Position numbers and translations under genes: made by a program
Assembly: GCA_002306945.1 (NCBI GenBank)
Contig: DBTH01000079.1
Location: forward strand, 476-45,542
DNA length: 45,067 nt
Direction of reading: 5' to 3'
Origin: Candidatus Methylacidiphilaceae bacterium UBA1321
GTDB taxonomy: Bacteria > Verrucomicrobiota > Verrucomicrobiia > Methylacidiphilales > UBA1321
Part shown: one piece after another, positions 1 through 8,531 of the stretch
Layout: each line of letters starts with the position of its first letter
How positions within the stretch are numbered: position 1 is the stretch's first letter
The notes under the pieces: model-generated
Databases searched by the model: none
Told to the model about the DNA's origin: nothing
Seen by the model: the letters and a program-made list of their open reading frames with translations, nothing else

Positions 1-300
1 GTGGCCAAATACTTTGCCATCATCCCCGCCATGCTCATGGCCACATTCCCGGCCATCTCGCCCTTGAATGTCATGGGATTGAAAAGCCCGGACAGCGCGA
101 TCCTGAGCGCCGTTATTTTCAACGCCCTGATCATCATCGCCCTGATTCCCCTGGCCTTGCGCGGAGTCAAATTCCGTCCCATGGGAGCCATGCCGTTACT
201 GCGGCGTAACCTCCTCATTTATGGCCTGGGCGGCGTCATCGTCCCGTTCATCGGAATCAAGATCATCGATGTTATTATCACCAACCTCAACCTTATCTGA
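1..300 (+). CDS. kdpB: K+-transporting P-type ATPase subunit B, C-terminal fragment (5' end lies outside the window)
   Basis: The open frame runs from base 1. The C-terminal membrane helices ([29 protein letters not shown]...[19 protein letters not shown]) look like the KdpB tail. kdpC starts 3 nt downstream, the canonical kdpABC order. Confidence 0.85.
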   Translation: MAKYFAIIPAMLMATFPAISPLNVMGLKSPDSAILSAVIFNALIIIALIPLALRGVKFRPMGAMPLLRRNLLIYGLGGVIVPFIGIKIIDVIITNLNLI

Positions 301-302
301 TT

Positions 303-890
303 ATGAATAGCCTCAAACAATTATGGGTTTCCATTGCCGCCACGGTCGTCCTCCTGGTTGTCTGCTGCGGTTTCTACCCGCTGGTCGTCTATGCCGTGTC
401 GCAACTCGCATTCCCCCGACAAGCCAACGGCAGCCTGCTCAACGGCCCCGACGGCAAGCCTCTCGCATCGGCCCTGCTGGGACAAAACTTCAATGGAGAA
501 AAGTACTTCAATCCACGTCCATCAGCCGCCGGAGCCGCTGGCTATGACGCCACCAGTTCTGGCGGAAGTAATCTCGGCCCCACCTCGCAAAAACTGGCCG
601 ATGCCGTCAAGCAACGGGTGATCGATTACCGGAAAGCCAATGGATTGAGCGACTCGACTCTAGTCCCGGCCGATGCCGTGACAGCTTCCGGCAGCGGACT
701 CGATCCGCATATCAGCGTCAAAAACGCCCTGCTGCAAACTCCCCGCATTGCACGGATTCGCGGCCTGAACGAGGAAGCCCTGAAGCAACTCGTCAAAGAC
801 CACACCCAGAGACCGGACTGGCATGTATTTGGAGATGCGAGCGTCAATATCGTCACATTGAATCTCGCGCTCGATGGCAATATCAAATAG
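303..890 (+). CDS. kdpC: K+-transporting ATPase subunit C
   Basis: 195 aa with a single N-terminal TM helix (LWVSIAATVVLLVVCCGFYPLVVY). It carries KdpC-typical blocks (GSNLGPTS, VPADAVTASGSGLDPHIS) and sits between kdpB and kdpD. Confidence 0.9.
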   Translation: MNSLKQLWVSIAATVVLLVVCCGFYPLVVYAVSQLAFPRQANGSLLNGPDGKPLASALLGQNFNGEKYFNPRPSAAGAAGYDATSSGGSNLGPTSQKLADAVKQRVIDYRKANGLSDSTLVPADAVTASGSGLDPHISVKNALLQTPRIARIRGLNEEALKQLVKDHTQRPDWHVFGDASVNIVTLNLALDGNIK

Positions 891-901
891 AATGAACCCG
901 C

Positions 902-2035
902 ATGGAACCCTCATTGCGTCCCGTATCGCGCGCTGCGCCTGAGGACTTTCTTAACCTTATTCAACGCCAGAACCGGGGTAAACTCAAAGTCTACCTCGGT
1001 TCGTCCGCTGGTGTCGGCAAAACCTATGCCATGTTGCGCGAGGGCAACCGCCTGCTCAAAAGCGGAGTCGACGTGGTCATCGGTTACGTCGAGCCGCACG
1101 AACGCCCCGAAACCACCGCGCAGATCAAAGCCCTCGAAATCGTCCCTCCCCGTGTCTGGCTTTATCATGGCATGGAAATCCGTGAAATGGATCGGGATGC
1201 CGTCCTGAAACGCCATCCCACCGTTGTACTCGTCGATGAACTGGCCCACACGAACGCTCCCGGCAGCCACAACACCAAGCGCTATGAAGATGTACAGGAA
1301 ATCCTCGAAGCGGGAATCAACGTCATCACGACGATAAATATCCAGCACTTCGAATCACTCTATAACATCGTCGAGTCGGCAACCGGAGTCAAAGTCAAGG
1401 AACGCATTCCCGACCCGATCATCGCCCAGGCCGATCAAATCGTGAATATAGATCTTCCCGCCGAAGATCTCATCGAGCGCTTGAAATCCGGAAAAATTTA
1501 TCCCAGCGAGCGAATCGAACGCGCCATGGAGAATTTCTTCAACCCGTCCAATCTCACCCGCCTGCGCGAAATCACTTTTTCGGAAGTCGCCAATTTTCTG
1601 GATCGCGCCCAGCGGCGACAGCTCGCAAAAAACGAAACCCCCAGTTCCCTCTCGCGCGTCATGGTCGCCATCAGCAGCGGAGGCCCCAACCCGGAAGCGC
1701 TGCTGCGCAAAACGGCGCGACTCGCCAACCAGTTGAACGCCCAATGGTACGCCGTCTACGTCCGGACAGACAAGGAAGCTCCCGACAAAATCTCCGTGGA
1801 ACTGCACCGCCGCTTGACCGACACTCTCGAAATTGCTCAGAAAATGGGAGGCACGGTCGTCATTTTGAAAAACGACGACGTGGTCACCGCGCTAACCGGA
1901 TTTGCCAGGGAATACGGTGTCACCCAGATGGTCATGGGAAAACCGCTTCCCCGACGTGGCCTTCGCCGCTTCATGCCTTCGCTTACCGACCGGCTCAGCT
2001 CCTCCGTTCCCGGTATCGATGTCGTCTTGTCGTAA
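902..2035 (+). CDS. kdpD: KdpD N-terminal sensor domain plus USP domain protein; no membrane or histidine-kinase part
   Basis: 377 aa with a P-loop-like GSSAGVGKTYAM, the KdpD N-terminal domain (VVLVDELAHTN, NVITTINIQHFESL) and a USP-like C-terminus (RVMVAISSGGPNPEALLRK...). The ORF ends before any TM segment or H-box. Confidence 0.8.
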   Translation: MEPSLRPVSRAAPEDFLNLIQRQNRGKLKVYLGSSAGVGKTYAMLREGNRLLKSGVDVVIGYVEPHERPETTAQIKALEIVPPRVWLYHGMEIREMDRDAVLKRHPTVVLVDELAHTNAPGSHNTKRYEDVQEILEAGINVITTINIQHFESLYNIVESATGVKVKERIPDPIIAQADQIVNIDLPAEDLIERLKSGKIYPSERIERAMENFFNPSNLTRLREITFSEVANFLDRAQRRQLAKNETPSSLSRVMVAISSGGPNPEALLRKTARLANQLNAQWYAVYVRTDKEAPDKISVELHRRLTDTLEIAQKMGGTVVILKNDDVVTALTGFAREYGVTQMVMGKPLPRRGLRRFMPSLTDRLSSSVPGIDVVLS

Positions 2036-2272
2036 GAGCTGGTTTCTATAGAGAGCCGCAAATTTACGACCCTTAAAATAGGAACGGCTGAAATCAGGTA
2101 AAATACAACCTGAAAGCCGGGACTTCGGTTATTTTCACCGCCCCTTTTCCCCACTCGCGGGGCCCGTTTATCCTAATTCATTGATAGTCATTACATATGT
2201 GACAGCGCATCGACCCGGCATGCTGTGAGCTAATAGAGATGAAGTCATTCCTTGCCATTACGAAAGGCTCAC

Positions 2273-2680
2273 ATGAACATCACCTGCTCGCCTATCAATA
2301 AACCGAATGAAATTGTCAAAAGAATGCTCTATCTAGTGCCAGGGCCTTTGCTGCTGGCCGCATTCTTCTGCCCGGTCTGGGCGCTGGCTGTAAACGATTG
2401 GTCGTTCCTGTTCCTCGGCGTGCTATGTGGCGCGGCGTCACTCTACATGCGTGAATTGGGAGTCCGGGTCTGGGAATTTGCCCGCCTCGACGATGAGTTC
2501 GAAAAATTAGCCTCCTATCCCTGCGGATTCGCATTAAGAGACGAAAACAATATCGATGAAATCCTCTCGCAAGCCGAGGAGCAATCGAATCGTTATTTTT
2601 CGGAGGAAGAACTTCTGGCCGATTTCAGCATCTTGAAAACCTCGCGTGACCAACGGAAAAGAGATCCCTGGAGAAATTGA
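2273..2680 (+). CDS. hypothetical membrane protein
   Basis: The ORF is open from a TTG at 2252, and the first ATG is at 2273. It has two hydrophobic helices (LVPGPLLLAAFFCPVWALAV, WSFLFLGVLCGAASLYM) and an acidic C-terminal tail. I recognise no family. The start is uncertain. Confidence 0.4.
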   Translation: MNITCSPINKPNEIVKRMLYLVPGPLLLAAFFCPVWALAVNDWSFLFLGVLCGAASLYMRELGVRVWEFARLDDEFEKLASYPCGFALRDENNIDEILSQAEEQSNRYFSEEELLADFSILKTSRDQRKRDPWRN

Positions 2681-2688
2681 AATTTTGA

Positions 2689-2714
2689 TCCGGCACAACC
2701 TCTGCCGTGCCGGA
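2689..2714. terminator. 8-bp stem hairpin between convergent genes (weak terminator candidate)
   Basis: tccggcac-N10-gtgccgga lies between the 2680 (+) and 2741 (-) stop codons. There is no clean U-tract on either strand. Confidence 0.3.
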
Positions 2715-2740
2715 AAATATCTATAGTCCGATTGGATGTC

Positions 2741-4285
2741 CTATGCGTTTCCGTCCTGTCTCCGACGCAACAGAATGAACATGAAAGCCAGCCCGAAAAT
2801 CATCAGCGCCAAACTCTCCGGTTCTGGCACAACAGTCACCGTACCGTCCAACGCATTGAAAACCGCCGACTGTCCCGCCGCCAAACCGATGTAACTGATA
2901 TTGGTAAAAGTGCCGCTGTAACTATCCACGTCGAATATCTTCAGGTTACTGAAGCTCGCATAGCTGCCTCCGCTGAAGTCGAGCAGGAGCGTGCCACCAA
3001 ACACGACCGATTCCGTTCCACCGCCTGCCGTACCCGTGACCAAATCGTAAGTTCCCAATGTGAGGCTGCCGTTCGTAAATTTAACAATCGAGGCGCCGGA
3101 TAGTTGAAGCGTGACCGTGTCGAGGGTAATGATCCCGGCGTTGCCTGTCGCCGAGCCAAATGTACCGGCTACGGCCAGAGTCTTTCCCGCCGCTCCCGTG
3201 ATCGTGCCGTTGCCGCTCAATGTCTGCGAAGCCGCCAGCGTGTACGTACCCGAATTGGCGGTATAGGAGGAAAGATCGAGCGTGCCTCCGTTCAATTTCA
3301 TATTACCCGATCCCGCCCGGCCTGAACCACTGAGAACCAACCGGCCTCCCGAAAGGGTTGTTGTTCCGGTATACGTATTCACACCGGAAAGAGTGACCGT
3401 CCCGATGGTCGTCTTGGCGAGATTGACAGAACCGCTCAAAACGGCAGACACCACACCCGATTGCATATTGTAGTCACTCGTGGTGGTCAGCACTCCGGTC
3501 GTGCCGGAAATCGTGCCGCTGGCCAGAGTCACCGACTTGACCGTATCCGTGCGCGTATTCATACTTAACGTGCCGCCGGTCACGGCAATATCGCTCGCGT
3601 CGGCGAAAACGTCGTTCGCCCCGCAAATCAACGTACCGCCCTTAACCGTCGTCGTGCCGGTGTACGTGTTGGCTCCGGACAAAACGATGGCTCCTGTCAC
3701 TCCCGAGAGGGCATCAATGGTCAGCCCGGTCGTAGCGTTGTTGCCGGAAATAACTCCTGCGAACGTGTGGGTTCCGTTATTGCCAATCGTGATGGTTCGG
3801 GTCGAACCGCCCAGGCTCATGTTGTTATTAAAGGCGATGGAACCGCTGTCGGAGGAAAGGGAGATCGCGCTGCTGAGAGCGCCCATCTGAAAATCACCGC
3901 CAATGGTGATCCCGCCGCTGAATTTGCCGCTCATGTCGCGGACTCCGTTTGAAGTGAGAATACCGCCGTTGATTGCCAGCGATCCCCCCGTTCCCAACGC
4001 GTTGACGCTGCGCACCACCACCGCGCCGGCACTCAAGGTGAATCCGCCCGTGTAGGTGCCGCCCGACAGAGCCAGGACACCGTTGCCGCTCTTGACGTAA
4101 CCTCCCGTTGTTCCACTGCCGAGTCCCTGGGAGACAAAATTCAATGTCGCTCCACCGGCCACATCGATGGAGATCACTCCGCCGTTCAAGTTATAGATGA
4201 CTCCCGACGAGGCGGCACACGTCATGTCGACCGTGCAAATGATTTGACTGACAGTGATGGTTGTTCCCGAAAAAGTTCCGGCCAC
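2741..4285 (-). CDS. autotransporter-associated beta-strand repeat protein with a PEP-CTERM sorting signal; the N-terminus appears incomplete
   Basis: Repeated G-T-L-x-L-S-G-x-N-T-Y-T-G-T-T-T-type units (e.g. LSGANTYTGTTTVKGGTLICG, LSGVNTYTGTTTLSGGRLVLSG). The C-terminus VPEPESLALMIFGLAFMFILLRRRQ has the PEP motif, a TM helix and an Arg cluster. The only start is a GTG at 4285 and there is no signal peptide (see findings). Confidence 0.75.
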   Translation of the reverse strand: MAGTFSGTTITVSQIICTVDMTCAASSGVIYNLNGGVISIDVAGGATLNFVSQGLGSGTTGGYVKSGNGVLALSGGTYTGGFTLSAGAVVVRSVNALGTGGSLAINGGILTSNGVRDMSGKFSGGITIGGDFQMGALSSAISLSSDSGSIAFNNNMSLGGSTRTITIGNNGTHTFAGVISGNNATTGLTIDALSGVTGAIVLSGANTYTGTTTVKGGTLICGANDVFADASDIAVTGGTLSMNTRTDTVKSVTLASGTISGTTGVLTTTSDYNMQSGVVSAVLSGSVNLAKTTIGTVTLSGVNTYTGTTTLSGGRLVLSGSGRAGSGNMKLNGGTLDLSSYTANSGTYTLAASQTLSGNGTITGAAGKTLAVAGTFGSATGNAGIITLDTVTLQLSGASIVKFTNGSLTLGTYDLVTGTAGGGTESVVFGGTLLLDFSGGSYASFSNLKIFDVDSYSGTFTNISYIGLAAGQSAVFNALDGTVTVVPEPESLALMIFGLAFMFILLRRRQDGNA

Positions 4286-4286
4286 G

Positions 4287-5600
4287 TCAAACTCCCGAGA
4301 GTGTCATATGGGAATTGTCGATCATCGCCAGTGCCTTCATCTCATAATAGAAATGCTTCATCCTGTAGAGTTGACCCGGCCTTAAATTCTCCAGGAAGAC
4401 GGCCTTCTTTTCCTCCGCGTAAAGACGCAGCAGATTGTCCTCCTGCCATTCCACCTTTGCCGGAGTCTTGCCTGCGCTGAATTCGAAAAACATGCGGAAG
4501 AATTTTTCATTGCCGGGAATCATCAGGGCAGGATCCATTGAATCCATGGCGACAACGTGGATGTCTTTCCGGGGATACTTGACGTAATCCACGAAACGGA
4601 GATCGACATATTCACCGCCCAGGGCAACCAACTCCACCTTGACCACGCTAGCCAGCGGCACCTTGTCCCAATCCCAATCGATGGAGAAATCCTTGAAAAG
4701 AACCCGTTCGCTTTTCGTAATCTCAATGAGGTTGTTGTGCCCCTTGAGGAAGACAAAAGTCGAACCGCCGCCGTCGAATTCGAAATCCTTCAAGTGATCG
4801 AACCGCACCGGTTCGTCCGAAGTGAAACGATATGTCCCCTTGGGCACAACGAGCTTTGACGCCCCAGTCGCAGCGCAATGGGCCGCGGCATCGCTGAACG
4901 CTTTCGTATTGTCGGGGCTGTTCACGCTGGCTCCGAAATCGGCCACCGACACGACCGCTCCGCCGGTGGTGCGCGGCAGGTCGATGGGAAACTCTTCGGC
5001 GCCCTTGGGCAAAACCGATGGAAGTTGTGCGGGCGATAGCGGCTTGTCGGCAACCATTTCACTATCCAGTTTCGTCTCCCGAATGGTGAGATCGTCCAAC
5101 AACGCCACCACCTTGCCGCGTGTCTGGATCTGGAACGCCGCATTCGGAACGCCCTTCGGCACATGGAACCGCAGGAGTATATTCTCCCAACGTCCAATGC
5201 AGGCCCCGAAGGTCTGGTCGATATCGTAGACACCTCCTCCTCCGCTGAACGGACGAACCGCGTAGATCACAAACGAGGTATTCTCTTCTTCGCGTTGCAC
5301 GATCCTGGCACGGGCCTGAATGATGTAATCGGTGTCGGGCTTAAGAACGCCGACCAGCGTTTTCAGACAGGTCATGAGCGAACCGGCGCTTTTGGTCGTA
5401 TCGATTTTCAGTAGCGCGGCTCCTTCCTTCTCGGGATTTGGAACCACGAAGGCGCAAGCCCTGTTCATGTCATATATTTTCGAACCGGAGGGAGTGAACT
5501 CTACCCGGATCGATTGCTGGGTGGTCGCCCCTTTTTCTTCACTATGAACGACCGGTACGCAAAGACATGCAAGTACAAGGATGAACAGATGACGAATCAT
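4287..5600 (-). CDS. secreted protein: N-terminal CBM-like beta-sandwich plus the start of a pectate-lyase-fold (Pectate_lyase_3/GH28-related) beta-helix; ends abruptly
   Basis: Signal peptide MIRHLFILVLACLCVPVVHS from the ATG at 5600 (the ORF is open to 5666). The block VSVADFGASVNSPDNTKAFSDAAAHCAATGASKLVVPKGTYRF is typical of the N-terminal cap of pectate-lyase-3-type beta-helix proteins. The frame stops at 4287, where helix coils would be expected. Confidence 0.65.
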   Translation of the reverse strand: MIRHLFILVLACLCVPVVHSEEKGATTQQSIRVEFTPSGSKIYDMNRACAFVVPNPEKEGAALLKIDTTKSAGSLMTCLKTLVGVLKPDTDYIIQARARIVQREEENTSFVIYAVRPFSGGGGVYDIDQTFGACIGRWENILLRFHVPKGVPNAAFQIQTRGKVVALLDDLTIRETKLDSEMVADKPLSPAQLPSVLPKGAEEFPIDLPRTTGGAVVSVADFGASVNSPDNTKAFSDAAAHCAATGASKLVVPKGTYRFTSDEPVRFDHLKDFEFDGGGSTFVFLKGHNNLIEITKSERVLFKDFSIDWDWDKVPLASVVKVELVALGGEYVDLRFVDYVKYPRKDIHVVAMDSMDPALMIPGNEKFFRMFFEFSAGKTPAKVEWQEDNLLRLYAEEKKAVFLENLRPGQLYRMKHFYYEMKALAMIDNSHMTLSGV

Positions 5601-5684
5601 ATATATAAGGAAAGGGTCGGAATCTTTTTGCGCTCCGTGGCAATCACGCGCCGGGAGGTTTTGCATGGCTGTTTTTGTTTCAGA

Positions 5685-6368
5685 TTATTTGCGAAGATTC
5701 GTGAGCATGGCCGTGAAATCCGCATCGCTCGTTGCGCTTTTGGAGAGCGAACTCAGACTCCCGTCGACAAAGACGACGTTCTGCACATCACCCAGATGCC
5801 GCCAGTCAAAGTAGTTACTGGTTTTGACGTTGCCGGATGTGCAGACACCGCTTGAACCGGTCGGCCCCGCCTCCGCAATCAATATCGTTTCCGATGGCCG
5901 GCTGCACTGCCCCAACCTGAAAGAGACAGTCACCGTAGAGCCGGAAACATTCATCAGGTACGTGTTATAGGGTATCGATTTCGAGGCATAGGTTCTTTTG
6001 TATTCAGGACAAATGAAGACATCCGAAGGATTGTTTCTATAGAGACCCTGGTCGGGCACTTCCATGAGTTTTTGCAGAACAATCGACCAACCGATTCCGT
6101 TCTGTTTATCGGGATCCGGGTTGCCGGCACCGGCGGGTAAATAGCCGTCATGATCGGCGGCATAGGCAAACAGGGCGATACTCAGTTGCCTCATATTGGA
6201 GATGCACTTACTCTTGCGGCTGGAACGCACGGCGGTATTGAGAGTCGGCGACAGAACCGCCGCCAGAACCGCGATGAGAATGCCCGTCACGAGCAACTCA
6301 ACGAGCGCATACCCGGAAAGACGCGCCTTTCCCGCCAAGCTTCGTAGTAATGACTGTCTGGCTTTCAT
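5685..6368 (-). CDS. prepilin-type N-terminal cleavage/methylation domain protein (H-X9-DG / DUF1559-like pseudopilin-like protein)
   Basis: N-terminus ...LSGYALVELLVTGILIAVLAAVL matches the G|(F/Y)xLxELLV prepilin motif. A C-terminal HLGDVQNVVFVDG motif resembles H-X9-DG. Confidence 0.85.
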   Translation of the reverse strand: MKARQSLLRSLAGKARLSGYALVELLVTGILIAVLAAVLSPTLNTAVRSSRKSKCISNMRQLSIALFAYAADHDGYLPAGAGNPDPDKQNGIGWSIVLQKLMEVPDQGLYRNNPSDVFICPEYKRTYASKSIPYNTYLMNVSGSTVTVSFRLGQCSRPSETILIAEAGPTGSSGVCTSGNVKTSNYFDWRHLGDVQNVVFVDGSLSSLSKSATSDADFTAMLTNLRK

Positions 6369-6389
6369 CGAGATCCGGACAATCTTAGT

Positions 6390-7049
6390 TCACGGCGCGG
6401 TGACAATGTAAAACGTCAGGTCGCTCGGAAGGGTTTGGAGATTGACGGTCTTGGTGCTGGCCCCCGGACCCTGGCTGCCACCGAGGAATGTCTTGTTCTT
6501 GGAAAAGGCAAACAAGACGCGCTGATCCTTGTTCTCCGCGGGATAGAGATTGATCGCATAAGTCGTTCCTTGAGTAAGCGCCACCGGTTCGCTGAACGCC
6601 ATATCGAGATAATGTCCGGGCACGATATCGGTAGGCTTTACCGGAAATGTTTCCTGTTTGACCGTTGAAACCACGCCACCGTGAGAGTTGCTCTTGAGGG
6701 CATAAATGGCGACCGTCCAATTCTGACTCTCCTGATATTGCAGCGGCGCACTCACAAAAGTCGAGAACGAAGGGGATACCATGAAACCGACCGCCGAGAG
6801 TTTCGCATCGGTCGCCCATGTGAAGGATTGATAGACGCTCCGCACATCCGAATCGTTGACCTTGCGCGCCTGCACACCGTCGGCCGCGGAATTGTTAGCA
6901 CGGAACTCCGCGTTGCCTATATAGACCTTGGACGGCGGCGCATCCAGGGACGAAGCCGTGACCCCACAGATTGCCGGGCCGGCACCCGCGAGAAAAGTCC
7001 CGCCACTCACGACCAGCACAGCCAAAACGCGCATCATTTGAGTTTTCAT
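6390..7049 (-). CDS. secreted hypothetical protein (first gene of the operon)
   Basis: Signal peptide MKTQMMRVLAVLVVSGGTFLAGAG from the ATG at 7049 (the ORF is open to 7238, but the upstream part is AT-rich promoter sequence). The composition is beta-rich and I recognise no family. Confidence 0.6.
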   Translation of the reverse strand: MKTQMMRVLAVLVVSGGTFLAGAGPAICGVTASSLDAPPSKVYIGNAEFRANNSAADGVQARKVNDSDVRSVYQSFTWATDAKLSAVGFMVSPSFSTFVSAPLQYQESQNWTVAIYALKSNSHGGVVSTVKQETFPVKPTDIVPGHYLDMAFSEPVALTQGTTYAINLYPAENKDQRVLFAFSKNKTFLGGSQGPGASTKTVNLQTLPSDLTFYIVTAP

Positions 7050-7072
7050 ATTCTCTATTTTATCCCTGGTTC

Positions 7073-7084
7073 TATAATAGATTG
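7073..7084 (+). promoter_or_regulatory. TATAATAGATTG, a copy of the recurrent TATAACAGATTG motif
   Basis: One mismatch to the motif seen at 14435, 14534, 19739(-) and 19849. It lies 24 nt from the 7049 start codon in the divergent region shared with the LacI gene. Confidence 0.35.
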
Positions 7085-7275
7085 TATTCATGCGGAAAAA
7101 CGGAATTGAGTTGGTTTTTGATCGATAAAAAGACGTTCCTGGTGATCTTCTCCTGACTGCAGAACCCGTTTCACAGCACTGGTATCCTGCAACCGAATAT
7201 TCCGTAGGAGCGGCATGGGTATAATCTGGGGATTGCACTTGACATTTTCAACAGCCAGGCTACTGAAGCGTTCAC

Positions 7276-8418
7276 ATGGCGTCTCCTTCCCAGCCTAATT
7301 CCGGTAACCGTCCCACCCTGCGCCTCATTGCCCAGAAGGCGGGCATTTCCCTGACCGCCACCTCGATGGCTTTGCGCAACCACTCTGGAATCTCCCTGGA
7401 AACCCGCAAACGCGTGCAGGCGCTGGCGTTGCAGTTGGGTTATCATCCCGACCCGAAGCTTTCGACCCTCATGCAACACTTGCGCATCCACAGTGCCGTC
7501 GAATACCGGGAGACCCTCGCGTTCCTGAGCATGTGGCCCAACCACGAAAGTTGGCGGCGCATCTCGCAGCACGATTTTTATCTCGGGGCGCAGGAACAGG
7601 CGTCCGAACTGGGTTATCGGGTGGATCTGTTTCACCTCAAGGAACCCGGCATGACCGACAAGCGCATGAGCAAACTCCTCACCGCACGCGGAATCCACGG
7701 CCTGCTCATCGGCCCGAGTCTCAAACCCAACGGCAGGCTCGATCTCGACTGGGAACACTTCGCCGCCATCACCTTCGGTTATTCGGTTGCCACCCCGCCC
7801 CTGCATCGCGTGACGACCAATTACTACAGCGAAATGCTTTCCACGCTCCACCGCCTCAAAAACGAGGGATGCAAGCGTATCGGGCTCAACCTCAGCATCA
7901 GCGACGACAACAAAGTCCAGAATCTGTGGCGCTCCGCCTATCTTCTGTTCAACGGCAACCTCCCTCCGAAAGAACGCATCCCGATCACCACGGTTCCCTC
8001 CGGGGAGTCAGCCATCAAACTGCGGCAATCGAAAATTTTCGAGTGGGTACGCCAATTCAAACCTGACGCCATCATCAGCGCCGGATGCGATTTCCCCCAG
8101 CTTTACGAACTGGCCTACCGCAAATCGCCGTCCAAAAGCATTCGCTACGTGAACATGAACATTCACCACACCGACAACCGCTCGCGAGGCATCGATCAGG
8201 ATTCGTGGGCCATTGGCCGGCTGGCATGCAGTCATCTCATTGCCATGCTTCAACGCAACGAAACCGGCCTGCCACAACAACCCCAGATCATCTCGATCGA
8301 AGGCAAATGGGTGGAAGACTATGACGCCTGGTTGCGTACCCTTGGCGCACGAACTCCCCCCGCAGCCATCATCGAAAGCATGGCCCGCCTCGGCAAAAAA
8401 GCACCCGCGACCCGCTGA
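7276..8418 (+). CDS. LacI-family transcriptional regulator
   Basis: N-terminal HTH TLRLIAQKAGISLTATSMALRNHSGISLETRKRVQALALQLGYHPDP, followed by a periplasmic-binding-protein-like sugar-binding domain. Confidence 0.9.
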   Translation: MASPSQPNSGNRPTLRLIAQKAGISLTATSMALRNHSGISLETRKRVQALALQLGYHPDPKLSTLMQHLRIHSAVEYRETLAFLSMWPNHESWRRISQHDFYLGAQEQASELGYRVDLFHLKEPGMTDKRMSKLLTARGIHGLLIGPSLKPNGRLDLDWEHFAAITFGYSVATPPLHRVTTNYYSEMLSTLHRLKNEGCKRIGLNLSISDDNKVQNLWRSAYLLFNGNLPPKERIPITTVPSGESAIKLRQSKIFEWVRQFKPDAIISAGCDFPQLYELAYRKSPSKSIRYVNMNIHHTDNRSRGIDQDSWAIGRLACSHLIAMLQRNETGLPQQPQIISIEGKWVEDYDAWLRTLGARTPPAAIIESMARLGKKAPATR

Positions 8419-8531
8419 GTCGTAACAGACCTGTTGTTGAAAAACGCCCTATCGGCAGCGTCATCTGAACGCTTCACCCACAACCCCCTCGCCGCTGCCC
8501 GCCTTCATGTGTTTCTCTATTCGGGAAATCC

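Noticed and set aside
4284-4300. An RF2-like programmed +1 frameshift site (GGGAG..GTT TGA C, compared with prfB AGGGGG..CTT TGA C).
   Set aside because: The resemblance is superficial. The SD-like GGGAG overlaps the P-site codon instead of lying 3 nt upstream, and GUU-to-UUU re-pairing is poor. A plain indel (pseudogene or sequencing error) is more likely. It is kept only as an alternative in the finding.
5601-5666. N-terminal extensions before signal peptides: MQNLPARDCHGAQKDSDPFLIY here, with similar cases at 7050-7238 and 31761-31796.
   Set aside because: In each case an internal ATG is followed immediately by a canonical signal peptide, and the extension runs into promoter-like AT-rich sequence.
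7264-7274. TGAAGCGTTCA immediately before the LacI start codon, considered as a LacI-type operator.
   Set aside because: Only 4-bp arms pair, whereas LacI-family operators are typically 14-20 bp palindromes. This is too weak to call.
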